Shown in pieces: positions 13,484 through 25,900 of a stretch of 64,000 nt of DNA (its first letter is position 1; the number at the start of each line of letters is the position of its first letter). Below the pieces are notes generated by a model that was not told the DNA's origin, did no database searches, and saw nothing but the letters and a program-made list of their open reading frames with translations. The position numbers and the translations under genes are program-made. Origin of the DNA: Lama glama (Eukaryota); the NCBI GenBank assembly GCA_028534125.1, contig CM052824.1, forward strand, positions 60,636,001-60,700,000. The letters run 5' to 3'.

Positions 13484-14540
13484 TAGGCAACCTACAGAAT
13501 GGTAAAAGGTATTTGCAAAAGATGAGACTGACAAAGGCTTGATCTCCAGAATATACGAACAGCTCCTATAACTTACTAAGAAGAAAAGCAGACAACGCAA
13601 TCCAAAAATGGGCAGAAGAGCTAAACAAGCAGTTCTCCAATGAAGACGTACAAATGACCAACAAGCACATAAAAAAATACTCAATATCGCTAACTATCAG
13701 AGAAATGCAAGTCAAAACTACAGTGAGGTATCACCTTACACCAGTCAGAATGGCCGTCATTCACAAGTCCACACATGATAGATGCTGAGAGGCTGTGGAG
13801 AAAAGGGATTCCTCCTTCACTGTTGGTGGGAATGCAGTTTGGTGCAGCCATTATGGAAAATAGTACAGAGATCTCTTAAAAAACTAAAAATAGACTTACC
13901 ATTTGATCCAGCAATTCCCCTCCTGGGCATATATTAGAGAGAACTTTAATTCAGAAAGACACCTGCACCCCAGTGTTCACAGCAGCACTATTTACAACAG
14001 CCAAGACATGGAAACAGCCTAAATGTCCATGGACAGATGGCTGAATAAAGAAGTTGTGGTCTATTTACACAATGGAATACTATTCAGCCATTAACAAAAT
14101 AAAATAATGCCACTTGCAGCAACATGGATGAACCTGGAGAGTGTCATTCTAAGTGAAGTAAGCCAGAAAGAGAAAGAAAAATATCACATGATACCACTTG
14201 TAAGAGGAATCCAAAAAGAAAAAAAGACAAAAGAACTTATTTACAAAACAGAAACAGACTCACAGACATAAAAAACAAATTTATGGTTACCACTGGAGGA
14301 AGAGGGGAAGGGATAAATTGGGAGTTCGAGATCTGCAGATACTAATATATGTAAAATAGATAAGCAAGTTCATACTGTACAACACAGGGAACCATGTTCG
14401 GTGTCTTGCAGTAACCTGTGGCGAGGAATGAGAACAAATGCATGTACGTTCCCATGTGACGGAAGCACTGTGCTGTGCACCAGAAACTGACACAACACTG
14501 TAAACTGACTGTACTTCAATAAAAATACGTTTTAAAAAAC
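13484..14540 (+). mobile_element. Younger 5'-truncated LINE-1 (cetartiodactyl/camelid-type 3' end)
   Basis: AT-rich, well-preserved ORF2 C-terminus (caacctacagaatgg...agagaaatgcaagtcaaaactacagtgaggtatcaccttacaccagtcagaatggcc...), with a 3' UTR ending gactgtacttcaataaaaa. Confidence 0.95.
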
Positions 14541-17500
14541 AGCTTCTCTTTTTAAACAAAGCAGTCTTCTCCACAGTCAGCTTGAGACCCTTCCCTGCAG
14601 TGTGGCACTTGGTGGTGGTGGGCACCCCATCTCCTCGCTCTGCGGGGTAAGTCTGGGGGCGTAAACACCCCCACCCCCACCCCATCCTCGCAGGGCGAGC
14701 AGCCAGAGGCCAAGAGACACAAACACGACACCCACTCCAAATGCACACGCAGATACAGGGACCCAAGAATCCCTCAAGTTTTGGAACAAAAGAGAAATGC
14801 CTCAAAGGCCAGGGATCCTGAAAGTGTTAGGACTGGAGCTACAGGAGAGGTCACACCTTTTCCGTGGAGAGCCAGCAGCACTCACAGACGAGACCAAGCA
14901 CCACCTTGGGCAGAGCTTGCCAGCCAAGTAGGGGCATATCGTGCTCTCCACACTTCTCACCATCCGCTGACCCCTGTCGGGTGGGCCTGGAGGACCCCGG
15001 GGCCGTGGGGGAGGGCAGGCACTCTGACCTCCCTCTGGGGCTCCAGCCGCCCAGGCAGCTCCTATTTTAACTCTCTGGCCCTAGCCCCTTTTGGAGACAA
15101 ATGCTGAGCACCAAGAAAATGATCTGATTGTAGCAGGTGACTGGAGAGAGCGGAGAAGGGGTCCTGGTACACCTGGGGCGGGGGCGGGGGGGCCCTGCCC
15201 TACCGCCCCCAGAGGGGAGGACCACCGCCCTCCAGGAACCTGCGTCACGTGCCCGGGCTGTGGGCACAGCCAGCGAGGGCCTGATCTGCACCAAAGCAGA
15301 CAGCAGGTCCTGCGGCAGAGATGAAGGCCCCTCCACCCCGAGCGCAAAAGGCAGAGGACAACCCAGGCGTCCTGCAGGCCGGACAGGCCTCCCCTCAGGG
15401 CCCCATCCCACTTCCGGCCCAGCCACAGGGGCCTGCAGGGGTCCCTGCACAGGCATCACAGGTGTTGGGAGGAGGCGCGAGGAGGGGCTCTCCCTGGGTG
15501 AGCTGCTCTGCTGTCTGCTGGGCCAGGCCCCTCCCCAAGGCCCCTCCTCAGCTTCCAGCAAATACTTAAAGATGCAGAATGTTCCTGGAGAAGCCCAAAC
15601 CCCCACAGCCGCCTCCTGCCCCAGGACTCCGGGGGGCTGAGACAGAGGGCAGGGCAGCACGCAAAGCCACCCCAGCCACCCACCCCAGCCGCCCGCCCTG
15701 TTGTGCCGAGGTGCGGGGGCTCCTCCTCGGGGGAACCCAGCTGGGGCTCTGGACCTCTGGAAACACAACTCATGGGTGGGGACGTGGTCAGAGCCCGCTG
15801 CCCAAGGCCAAACGAGCATCCTTCCTGCTGCAGTGTCAACTAGGCAGGGCTGGACACTCCAACACTGGAGCCCCTCCTCCACTCCCCCATCACCTCTCCC
15901 ATGGCGGGCCCCAAGGCGAGCCTGTCCAGCTGAAGCAGCCCCTGGATTCCCCTACACAGCTGCTCCTGCCCCAGGTGGGGCCACGGAACTGTGCTCAGAA
16001 CAGCAAGGAGGCCACAAACATGGCCACGGGCTGACCAGAGGGCGTAATGACAGGTGGATGCGGGGCAGGGGGTGTCCACACTTCTAGCCTCCCTCCCGCA
16101 GTCCCTTCCAGGCCCACTGACTGACCAGTGACCAGCATGGGGCTGACGGTAATGTCCATCTCGCTGGCCCTCACACCATGCAGGCCCTGACCTGAATCCC
16201 ACATCAGGAAACACGTCACAGGGATGCACGTGGCCGGGCGTTGCCAGGCCCCCTGCTGTGGGGACATATGGCCACAGCATGGACCCAGAACCTTGGACAC
16301 CACGTGAGAGAAGGCCCCGTCTGCCTGATCACAGGCAAAGCACGCACAGGCTCTGCTGCTGAGACGCCCTGGAACCCACAGAAGGGACCAGAACCAACGT
16401 CTGGGGGAGGTTTCCCCAAATACAGGAGCACTTCCAGCCTTGCTCACAGCAAACACAAAAAATGAAGGACAGAGCTGGGAGCTGGGCAGAGCAGCGGAAG
16501 CAAGAGGCTGCCCCTCGGCAGGCTAGGGGCAGCGGGGAGCTGTGCCCACTCAGCCTGTCCAGGCCGCCCGCCCTGCCCCTCCTGGTCCTGCAGCTCTGTG
16601 CCCCACCCGGGCCACCCCCACCCTGGAGCCCAGCCTGCCTCATGCACTGTGGGCCACCAGGCTGCACACGGCGGGATGCCGTGATGACCACTTCCAGAGA
16701 CAAGGGCCCCCTGGGGTCACCCAGGGGCCCACCCATAGCCAGCCCTCAGGCCGAGCTCAAGGTCCACCCGACACTCTCTTTTGAAGGGCAGGCAAGAAGC
16801 CTACTGCACACGCCTCCCCGACACCCGACCTGCCTCTGCATGCAGGGCAGCACGTGGCGGACGAGGCGGCCGCTGTCCCAGGGTCGAGGAACCTGCCGGG
16901 AGTCCTGGTGCAGAGCCAGAGCAGGCCCAGCCACGGGGACACCAAGCCTCCAGGGAGGGGTCAGGAGGTCAGCACAGGCGCAGACCAGCACAGACTGCTT
17001 CCCTGACCAGATCCCAGCCCAGCCACCTCGCCCCTGGCCACTTCTTGCCACATCCTTCGTCCCGAAATTCGAGGCTCCATCCCACAGCACCTGGCCCAAG
17101 ACGACAGCCCAGGTGGGCCAGACAGAAAACCACTGGGGTCAAGACTTCAGCCGGCTCGGCCAGCTGCCCCCAGCCCGGGGTGCGTGCAGACCCACCAGAA
17201 GTGATGTCCACCCCCACGGAGACACAGAGTCCTGGCCTCGCGTCCCCAGCGCACCCGAGCGCAGTGTGAGCAGCGGGATGGAAGCCAGTCCTCGCGGATC
17301 AAAACGTGGGGGCCCCTCCGAGCTCAGGGAGCCGCCGCAGGGCTGCTGGGCTTTCAGTGCGGGGCCAGCAGGCGAGGGGCCCCCAGCGGCCTGGGAGGAA
17401 GGACCGGGCGCTCCCCTGCGGAGGGAGAGCCTGGGGCGACGCGACACCAGGCAGCCCGTGCCCGACTCCCAGCACCACAAGGCGGTTCCCGATCTGGGAC

Positions 17501-20500
17501 CCTGGGCTCCGGCCACCTGATCCGCCCCTGGGAAGGGGCACATCGAATGGAGGCGGCAAGCCAGAGCACCTTGGGTCACGTGGGCTAGCTGCAAGCACTG
17601 TCAGAGGTCATGGCGTGGCTGAACCATGGTCCTGGGAGCACAAACATTTCCCCTGCTCCAGGGTCCAGAGACGCCAGGCCAGCGCGGGTAGGAGCAGGGG
17701 CGGGGAGAGAAACGGGGCTCTTGAGAGGAGATGAAGCGCTGGCGCGGTGGCGGGGAAGCTCGGTCTCCACTAAACACGCAGGCATGTCGAGGAGAACGCC
17801 AAGGGCACAGGGCGGCACTTCAGTTTTTCAGGCAATCAGTCGCCATGTGAAAACATGGACTTGCCCACTCTGATTTTTTTTTTTTAAGAAAAGTCCCAAA
17901 GGCCTTCCCGTGCCTGGGCCCACAGAAGCCCGCATCCCTGCACATCCGAACGCGGCCCCCAGAGCCACCTTTCCCGTGGCTTCAGCAGGTGGTGCCGTCC
18001 CCACTGCTCTGGTGTCTCTTTGTCCTAGGCCCAGACATACAATGTGTGTTTTTTCTCAGTTTTAACACCGTTTTTCAGCTACTGAAACATTTCACCTCAG
18101 TGGCTTGCAATTCAGATCTTTCAGTGTGTTTTTCATCCCTGAAAGGCCATGTCAAGCCCCAGCCTGGACCGTCTGTGCGGAGGGCGAAGGGTCGTGAGAA
18201 CACACGACTCGGCATAAAAATCAGGGCAGTGACCTTTCGACCTGGCCTCTCTGCAGGGCCCGGGCCTGCAGGGCCAGGGAGGGCCTGGGGGGCAGGGCAC
18301 TGCCCCCCAGGCCCCTGGGCTCAGCCCTGCACCTGCCCCAAGGGCCATGTCCCTGGGAAAAGAAACAAGCAAATGGGAGAGCACATCCTCAGCCCCGCCC
18401 CTCGCCCCCAAGACGCGCCTGTGCTTTGGGGACCGGGTCCCCTTTCCAAGAAGCCAGTTTCTGTAAACTTGGTTGGGTGGCCGTCCCCCCACATCTGCCA
18501 TCTGCACAAAGGTCACAGCATCTCCGACCCAGACAGGAGGAGGGGCACCCCGGGTCCCCCAAGTCCCTGTGGGCTGGGTAGCCACCCAGGAACCCCCAGG
18601 GACCAGGGCTTCATCTCAGCCCTGGAGGATCCACAGGGACGGAGCAGAGTCTGGGCGCTGATGGGTTCAAAGGGACAAAGGGTCCGGCAGGCAGGAGCAG
18701 CTCGGCACAAAGGAGTCCAAGTCAGCGCAGGACAGCTGGCGAGCACTAGGGCCTCTGCCTCTGTGCTCAGGGTCCCGTGGCTCCAGGCCCCGACCTGGCC
18801 CTTCACCCAGCAGGCCGCCCGGAAGGACAGCTCCAAAGGCACGAGCGCCAGGCCGCCCGCTAGGCCGCAGGACAGGGGCTGCGCACCCCGACTCTGCCCC
18901 ATGCGGAGTCTTCACCCACAGCACACCTCTTGGGGGCAGGTGCCCTCCACCTGGCACTGCAGGGAAGGCAGGCATGGAGGAGACAGTGGCAGCTGAGGGC
19001 TGGCCTGACCGCAGGTGAGGTCATGTCCCAGGGGGCCCCATTCCAGCCACCCACAGTGGACAGAGTGCACCGCAGACTGTGACCGCAGGCCCCAGTCGTC
19101 TGACAGGCCTGGCCAGCTCGTGGGACCGTGTCTGTCTGCCCTGAGGCCCAGCCCCGCGGACAGATGGTCAAGCTGAGTCCTGCAAAGAACACCACCCCCA
19201 GGACCCATGGCCGAGGACAGGAAGCAGGCTGCTGCCCCGCCTCACCCCCAGTTCCCTCCAGAGACCAGCCTGAACTTTTCACCCTCGGCACAGACATCGG
19301 GAGAGGAGGGCACAGAGGTGTCTGCCCGCAGGCGCCGAGGAGGGCGGCCCCTGGGCCCCTGACACCGTCTGCAGTTCGCTCCCCCACCATCCCCCCTCCA
19401 AAAATGTGTATTGCCCGTTTTACAATCGCCAGATGGCGGCCCAGGGCCTGCTGGCCTCATCACCCACTGTGACCGCCTGACCTCTCATAAACGGGGACAG
19501 AGGGGGACCTGTGGCCACGCCCCCGCACCTGGGAGGGGCCCGCGAAGGTCACCAGGGCTGCATCCAGCCCCTGGCCTGGGTGGTGGACAAGCGGCTCCCA
19601 GACCAACTCACGTGAGACGGGATGAGGGACAGAGGGCAGGACGGGCAGGGCGGCCGGAGCAGGAGGGCCCCTCGCACAGGACGACAGCAGGTGCCACTGG
19701 CGTCCACCCGACAGCACGTCCACGTGAGACCACGTCCGCCAGGGCACGGTCACCAAGGGAGGGGCGCGTGGGGACGCCAGGCGTCTGTGCAGAGACCGTG
19801 AGCACTCATCCAGTCCGCCCTCCACGGGGCTGCCCCCGCAGTCCAGCCCACGCACCACGACAAGCGAGGCAGGAGGAGGCCGGGCTGGCCACCGCCACCC
19901 CGGCGGGTCCTCAGCAGCGGCATGAGCCTGTTCTCCGTGGGGGAGAGCCCACGTCGTTACAAGCCAAGACCAGACGTTGCCGGAGCCTCGTCCGTCCACA
20001 GGGGCAAGCCCGAGCCACCGCGCGACGCCAAGACGCCAGCCGGGGGCGCGGCCCAGCCGCAGCCGCGGTGCCCTCCTGGGGCTCTGCAGCTGCCGGAGCA
20101 CCTGCTGCGCGGCCCGACTTCCGAGTCAACACTCGTGTCTCTGAGAAGCCATCGTCATCCTAACCGGTTCACTTGGGGCACAGGGAGTGAGAGCCTGAAC
20201 CACACCCTCCCTCCCAGAGCTGAAGCAAGAGCGGCTGGGACACAAGCCCCCGCCCAGCCCCTGGCTCTGTGGCCTCCTCAGGGCTTGCTGGACGCTGCCC
20301 AGACACACACGACGGACATCACAGCAGGTCCCGAACAGCCCAGGGAGCCAGGCGCGTGCGCTTCCAGAGCCCCAACTGCCCGGCCACACCGGGGGCCAGC
20401 GCGGCCAGGACACCTGAGCAGAACTGAGCAGCCACCGTCATGAAGGGCAGCGGGACGCCAGCACGAGCATCCTGGGGCCTGGCCAGGCGATCCTCAGCTT

Positions 20501-22270
20501 TCAGAGAGCAGCTCTGACCTGCTCCCCACTAAGGGCCACTGGGGCCCTGCTCTGCAGCCCTCCCCCAGCTAGTAAGGGAGAACACCACACACGCCTGGGA
20601 GAGGACCTTGCTGTCAATCCAGGCCGGGGGACTCGTCCCCGCCCCCACAAACCAAATCAAATATGATTCAGGATGGTCTTACTGAACGACTCAGGGCCCA
20701 CGGCACCAACCAGGGGGGTGGGCACCAGGCAGTGGTCTTCGCCAGCCCCACCTGCCTTCCTCGTCACGGCCAGCACTCACAGCCTCCTGCCTCGGGGCTC
20801 CCTGCGGTCAGCGCGGCACTGTGGGGAGCTGGACGAGGCCCTGTGCCCCTGGACACCACTGCCCTGGTGGCCATGAGCCCCTGAGGGCCCTTTTCGACTT
20901 AGGAAGCAATCGGCCCGGCAGCCAGCGCTCCCCACCCCAGGTGCTGCGCTCCACCCCGACTCAGGTGCAGCCGTGGCCGGCCCACCCCAGCCCCCAGCAG
21001 AAGCCCCTCACCCAGACGCCAGCTGGGCCCGTGCAGAGCCTGTACAGAGGAGCGGAGTGAGGGGTGCACACGCACCCAGGAGGCCGCCCGGCAGGGGCCA
21101 GGCACACCTGGGGTGGGTGTTTCCAGGGGTGAGTAACTTCCACTGGGGGGGGCAGCAGCAGGGCCTCCCCCGGCGCCCAGACCAGCACAGTAGCCACCAT
21201 GTCCCTGACCAGAGCCCAGGCCCAGGTCCAGGCCCAGGCCTGCACAGGCTGCTCAGGCTGGCCTGCAGCCTCCTAACACAGCAAGTGCTCGGGCGGCGCC
21301 TGCTCACAGGGGAAGCACTTGGATCTGGACGCCCAGGTCCCCCATGTCCCTGGAGCAGGCTCAGGACCGAGGGGCTGTGGCGTGAGCCCCCTGCTCAGAA
21401 CGAGCCCTCCCTGTTGCTCTGGCCACAGCCCAGTGCCTCCTGGACGAGCGAGGACAGTGCTGACCTGCCTGGTCCCCGGCCCCTCCCCCAAGGCATCTCA
21501 GGAGAACGGGGCACAGCCCCTCACCTGGCCAGCCCCACTGCTGCTGCCCGTGCCTCAGGACCTAGAGGACTCTGGATGTGGTCCTCGCGTGAGGCTGTGC
21601 ACAGAGGAACACAGGCCACTGTCCGCGCTCTCTCCAGCTGCAACAGCATCACCAGCGTGCCGCTCCCTCGCTCTGAAAGGGACGGCACCGCCTGGAAACC
21701 TCCAAAAACCAAGAGATGCACTCCACCTCTGCTCAAGCTGAAATCTGAGGGCACGGGGTGACACCCTCCCCCGGAGCCAAGTCCCAGCTCTGAGTATGGT
21801 CGGTCCTCACGGGTGCCACGAGCAGCTCGTGGACACCGAGCCTGTCACGGCGCTGGCTAGGCGCTGGCTCCACGCAGCTGCTGGTCTGAATAGTCGAAAT
21901 CATGGCGCTTTGTTCGTCATCAATTCTGACTAAAACTGCAAAGGCAGTAATGAAGATGTTAACAAAGATGAATTTAATGCAGCCAAAATTACTGCAAAAA
22001 GGAAAACATACCTGCTCACAATGGACGTGCCCGTCAGCACAATTCAGCGAGTCTTTAAAAGCTTCCACCTCTAGTCTGACTCCCTCATCTTCCTTCCTAA
22101 AGCGGAGACTGCCCCCAGGACCTGTCCTTCAAAGTTATTTCTCTGTGTGTGGAATTCGGACAGACTGGAGCAGCTCACACACCCGAAGGGACTCCTGTGC
22201 AGGGAAGGCCCCCAGGCTGCAGAGGTCTGCGTCCAGCGGGAAGACACTGACTCTTACTTACCTGTTGTCG

Positions 22271-22415
22271 TTTTCCTTTGCTTTTTGGCGGGGAGAGGGG
22301 ATTAGGTCTGTTTGTCTATTTTTTAACGTTTACTTTTTAGCAGAAGTTCTAGGGACTGAACCCAGGACCTCGCGCGTGCTAAACACACGCTCTACCACTG
22401 AGCTGTACCCTCCCC
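22271..22415 (-). mobile_element. tRNA-Ala-derived SINE (camelid Vic-1-like)
   Basis: Minus strand GGGGAGGGTACAGCTCAGTGGTAGAGCG...GAGGTCCTGGGTTCAGTCCC carries Pol III A and B boxes, followed by an A-rich body and tail. The family name is from memory. Confidence 0.88.
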
Positions 22416-22949
22416 AATTTTCATTTCTGATCTCACCTTTCTAATGTCATTTATGAAAAGAGAGCCCAACTAGAGAAGCTGGAAGTCGATTCTGGACAGG
22501 GCAAGAACCACACTGTGGAGAGAGGGCCCACCTGCAGCCCAGAGAACCAACAAGCCCCCGTCTGGAGGAGCCGAAGCCCAGACGAGACCCAGGCAGCCAG
22601 GGGCGCGACGCCCACAACTCGGAGACAAGCATGCTGAGAGCCCGGCTGCCCCCGCTCACAGCCTTGTTTCCAGGCAGTGGCGCAGGAGCAGGGGGATGCA
22701 GGGGGGCCAGGGACCCGAGCTGAGGAGACAATGCAGCCGGAGTTCACAGGACGGAGCCCCTCAGAGAGGACATGGCGTGCAGAGTGCAGGTCAGCACATG
22801 CGTGAGGACACCACCGAGAGGGTCAGAGGGAACAGAGCCCAGGGCTCACATGGCGCCGGGAGCAGCCCCTGTTCCAAACAGGCAGGCTGGAAAACCTCTG
22901 AATCCATGGAGTGCTCACTACTCAGGAAGGTTTTGCCATAGCCCAAGGA

Positions 22950-25900
22950 ATAATTAGCCCGAGAAGGAGCATTCCTCTGGACCCAACTGAAAAAAAATCA
23001 TAAAAGCAAGACCTGTGAGGATCAAACTGTCTCCACATAAGTAACCACACTCCAGGAAAAAGCCTCTGAGAAGATGTGCAGGAACACAGAGACAGTCAGC
23101 CTCAAAACAGGGAAACTTCACACCGTCTGCAGACGAGGACACAGGAGAACAGGAACCACACTGCAGAGATTCACGCACCCGCTGAAACTGACCAGAACTG
23201 ATAGAGACAGAGGAATTCACAAAGGACACTGAAACTGCTACTGACACTACATTCCACGCGTTCAGAACGTTAAACAGAGACAGAGAAGATCTGTGAGGCC
23301 CCAGGTGAAGCCTGTCCAGGGAGCAGATGACACTGGACCTGCAGGGAGCCGGAGACGTGGTACCTGACTGTTCCCAGCGCAACACAGAGAATCCAAAGGG
23401 GTGAGCAGGGCATCTCTGAGCTGGGGCCTGACATGTGGGTTCCCAAAGGAGGGAGGGGAGCAGAAAAAGTCTTCAGAAATAGAGGCCAAAAAGTTTCCAA
23501 ACCTCACAAAAACGATGCACCCCAAAGCTCAGTAAACCCCAAACACATGCAATTGAAAGGGAGCTACAGCAAAGTGCATCAAAATCAAGACATTCCAAGT
23601 ATCAAAGCCACCACAAGAAGAGGAGCCGAGGACGACAGCAGGGGTTCAAAGTGTCAAAGGGACACAAAGGGAACCTGGAACTCTATACGCCCTGCAAGTA
23701 TCTTTCAAAAACGAAGGGAAAACAAACACACAGAAAACTCATCGCCAGCAGACCCACGCTAACAAGGAACGCTAACCGAAGAAGGACAAAACCAGAAGGA
23801 CGTCTGGACCCACACAGAAGAGTGGACAGCACTGGGAATGACTACTGCCCAGGAAAACACATCAAGTTCTTCCTCATCGTTTAAATACCTTTAAGAAGCC
23901 GCTGTTTAATCACAAGCGGTAACAACGAACCACAGGGCTTATGACGTGTGTGACAGCGCTATCCGGCAGCAAGAAGCCAGGAAGGGAAGGCGGGGAGGCG
24001 CTGCGGGGGCTTCTGTCACTGCACTTGGGCTGGGTGCTGTGCCATCGCCGGGGGTGGACGGCACAGGTCAGAGGGGACGAGGGTAAGGGCGTGTACAAAA
24101 ACGCTCTGCAAATCAGTAAAGTGACAAAAACGACCACAGCAGATGAGCCAACAGGGAGATGTGATGGAATCACAAACCATCATTTTATTCATTCAAAACA
24201 CAGCAGAAATCCCTTAAAAAGGAAACAAATAGATAAAACAAATAGAAAACAAGATGAAACAAGATGATCAGTAATCTTACCGTAATTGCATTAAGTCTTA
24301 ACGGTGTGAACACCCCCCACTCAAAGGCAGAGGTGGTAAGTCTGGATAAGAAAGCCCTTTACAGCCTACAAGAAACCCACTTTAAATGTAAAGGTGGTTA
24401 AAGGGATGGAAAAAGAGATGCCTACTCACAACAGCAAAAAGCAAGCAAGCAGCCGTATGAGCATCAAAGTGGATGTCAGAACCAAGAGCATCACCCAGAG
24501 AGGAAGCCAACTTCACCCCTGACAAAAGGGTCAAGTAACTGAAAAACACCCATAAACACTGATGCCCCTAATGACAAAGCTGCAGTGCCTACGAAGCAGC
24601 AACCGATGTGACTGCAGAGACAGGTCCACAACTGCAGCCTAAGGCTTCAACTCTCTCCCACCAGCGACTGAACAGTGCCGGCGCACCGGCTCTGACCCGC
24701 AACTTCCAGAGCCCCCGCCCGCAGGCTCTTCCCGGGCGCACAGAGACGTTCTGAGATGGACTGTCCCCTGGGCTGGAGGCCAGCGCAGCTCCTGCACGGT
24801 CAAGCTACCAAGGTGCAATCCAACCACCACACAGGGACCTCTGCAAAACGCCCAAACACCTGGAAACTTAACACACTTCTAAATAACCCGTGAATCAAAG
24901 AGGAAGTCAACAGGTAATGAGAAGGCGTTTTGAACTGAATGAAAATTTAAACAACACATCACAGTATGTGCAAGACCCCCAAAACGGGACTCAGGAGAAA
25001 AACAATGCTTGTACCAGGAAAAAAGAAAGGTCTCAAGTAAACGACTCAGCATCCAACTTATGCAACTAGGAAAGGACAAACGTAGCCCAGAGTGTTAAGG
25101 AAAATACAAAGACCAAAACATAATCAATGAAACAGAGTACAGAGAAATAAGAGGAAGATCAATGAAACCCAAACCGGTTCTCTGAGATCAACAAGACTGG
25201 TGACCCTCCAGCCAGATGGGCCGGGAAAAGAGAAAAGGAAAGTGATGGGCGTCAGGAAGGTGAGAGGCAGCTCTGCCACTGGCTGCACAGCTACTAAGGG
25301 GAAGTAAGAGGGCGCTGTGCACAGCCGCTGACAGTGGGCTGGACGGCGCAGGCGTGGTGGGAGACTGCTTGCAGAGAGCCACCTCAGCCGAGAACCGATG
25401 ACCTGAAAAGCCCTTGGGTAGTTAAAACCTTTACCCAAAAACACCTCCAGACCCAGACAGGCCTCCATGGTAAGTGGTACCAAATGTTTTTTAAAGGAAT
25501 CGTAATTCTTTCCATTTTTAAGGAGGAAATATTTCCCAAATAATTCTATAACTCCAACAACACTCTGATACCAAAACTAGACGAAGATATTACACAAACC
25601 AAAAAAACCAAAACAAGACCAAAAAACTGCAGACCAATATCCTGCATGAATGTTAAATACAAAAAATTTTATCCAAACTCAACAACATTCTAAAAGGATG
25701 AGACACTGTGACCAGGGGAGGTTTACGTTCAGTATCAGGCAACGTAACTCACCACAGTAGTAAACTAAAAAGGATACTCACCAAATTAATAATCTCAATA
25801 AACGTAGAAGCAGCATTTGACAAAATCCAGCACCCATTCCTGATCAAACCAAACTCGGACAGAACGGGAGAGTCTTCTTCAGTCTAAGAAAGAGCACCTA

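Noticed and set aside
13464-14570. Target-site duplication around the young L1
   Set aside because: The flanks (aaaatagtctttctt versus aaagcagtcttctcc) are only loosely similar, so a boundary cannot be fixed.
16462-18996. 352-aa and 335-aa plus-strand ORFs
   Set aside because: Pro/Gly/Arg/Ala-rich with no family resemblance, and overlapping ORFs occur in all frames. This is expected at this GC content.
22006-22014. Donor CAG|GTATGT as the end of an extra SKI exon
   Set aside because: No convincing acceptor or SKI-like peptide upstream of it.
22340-22415. tRNA-Ala gene
   Set aside because: The stems are degenerate and the sequence continues into a SINE body and A-rich tail.
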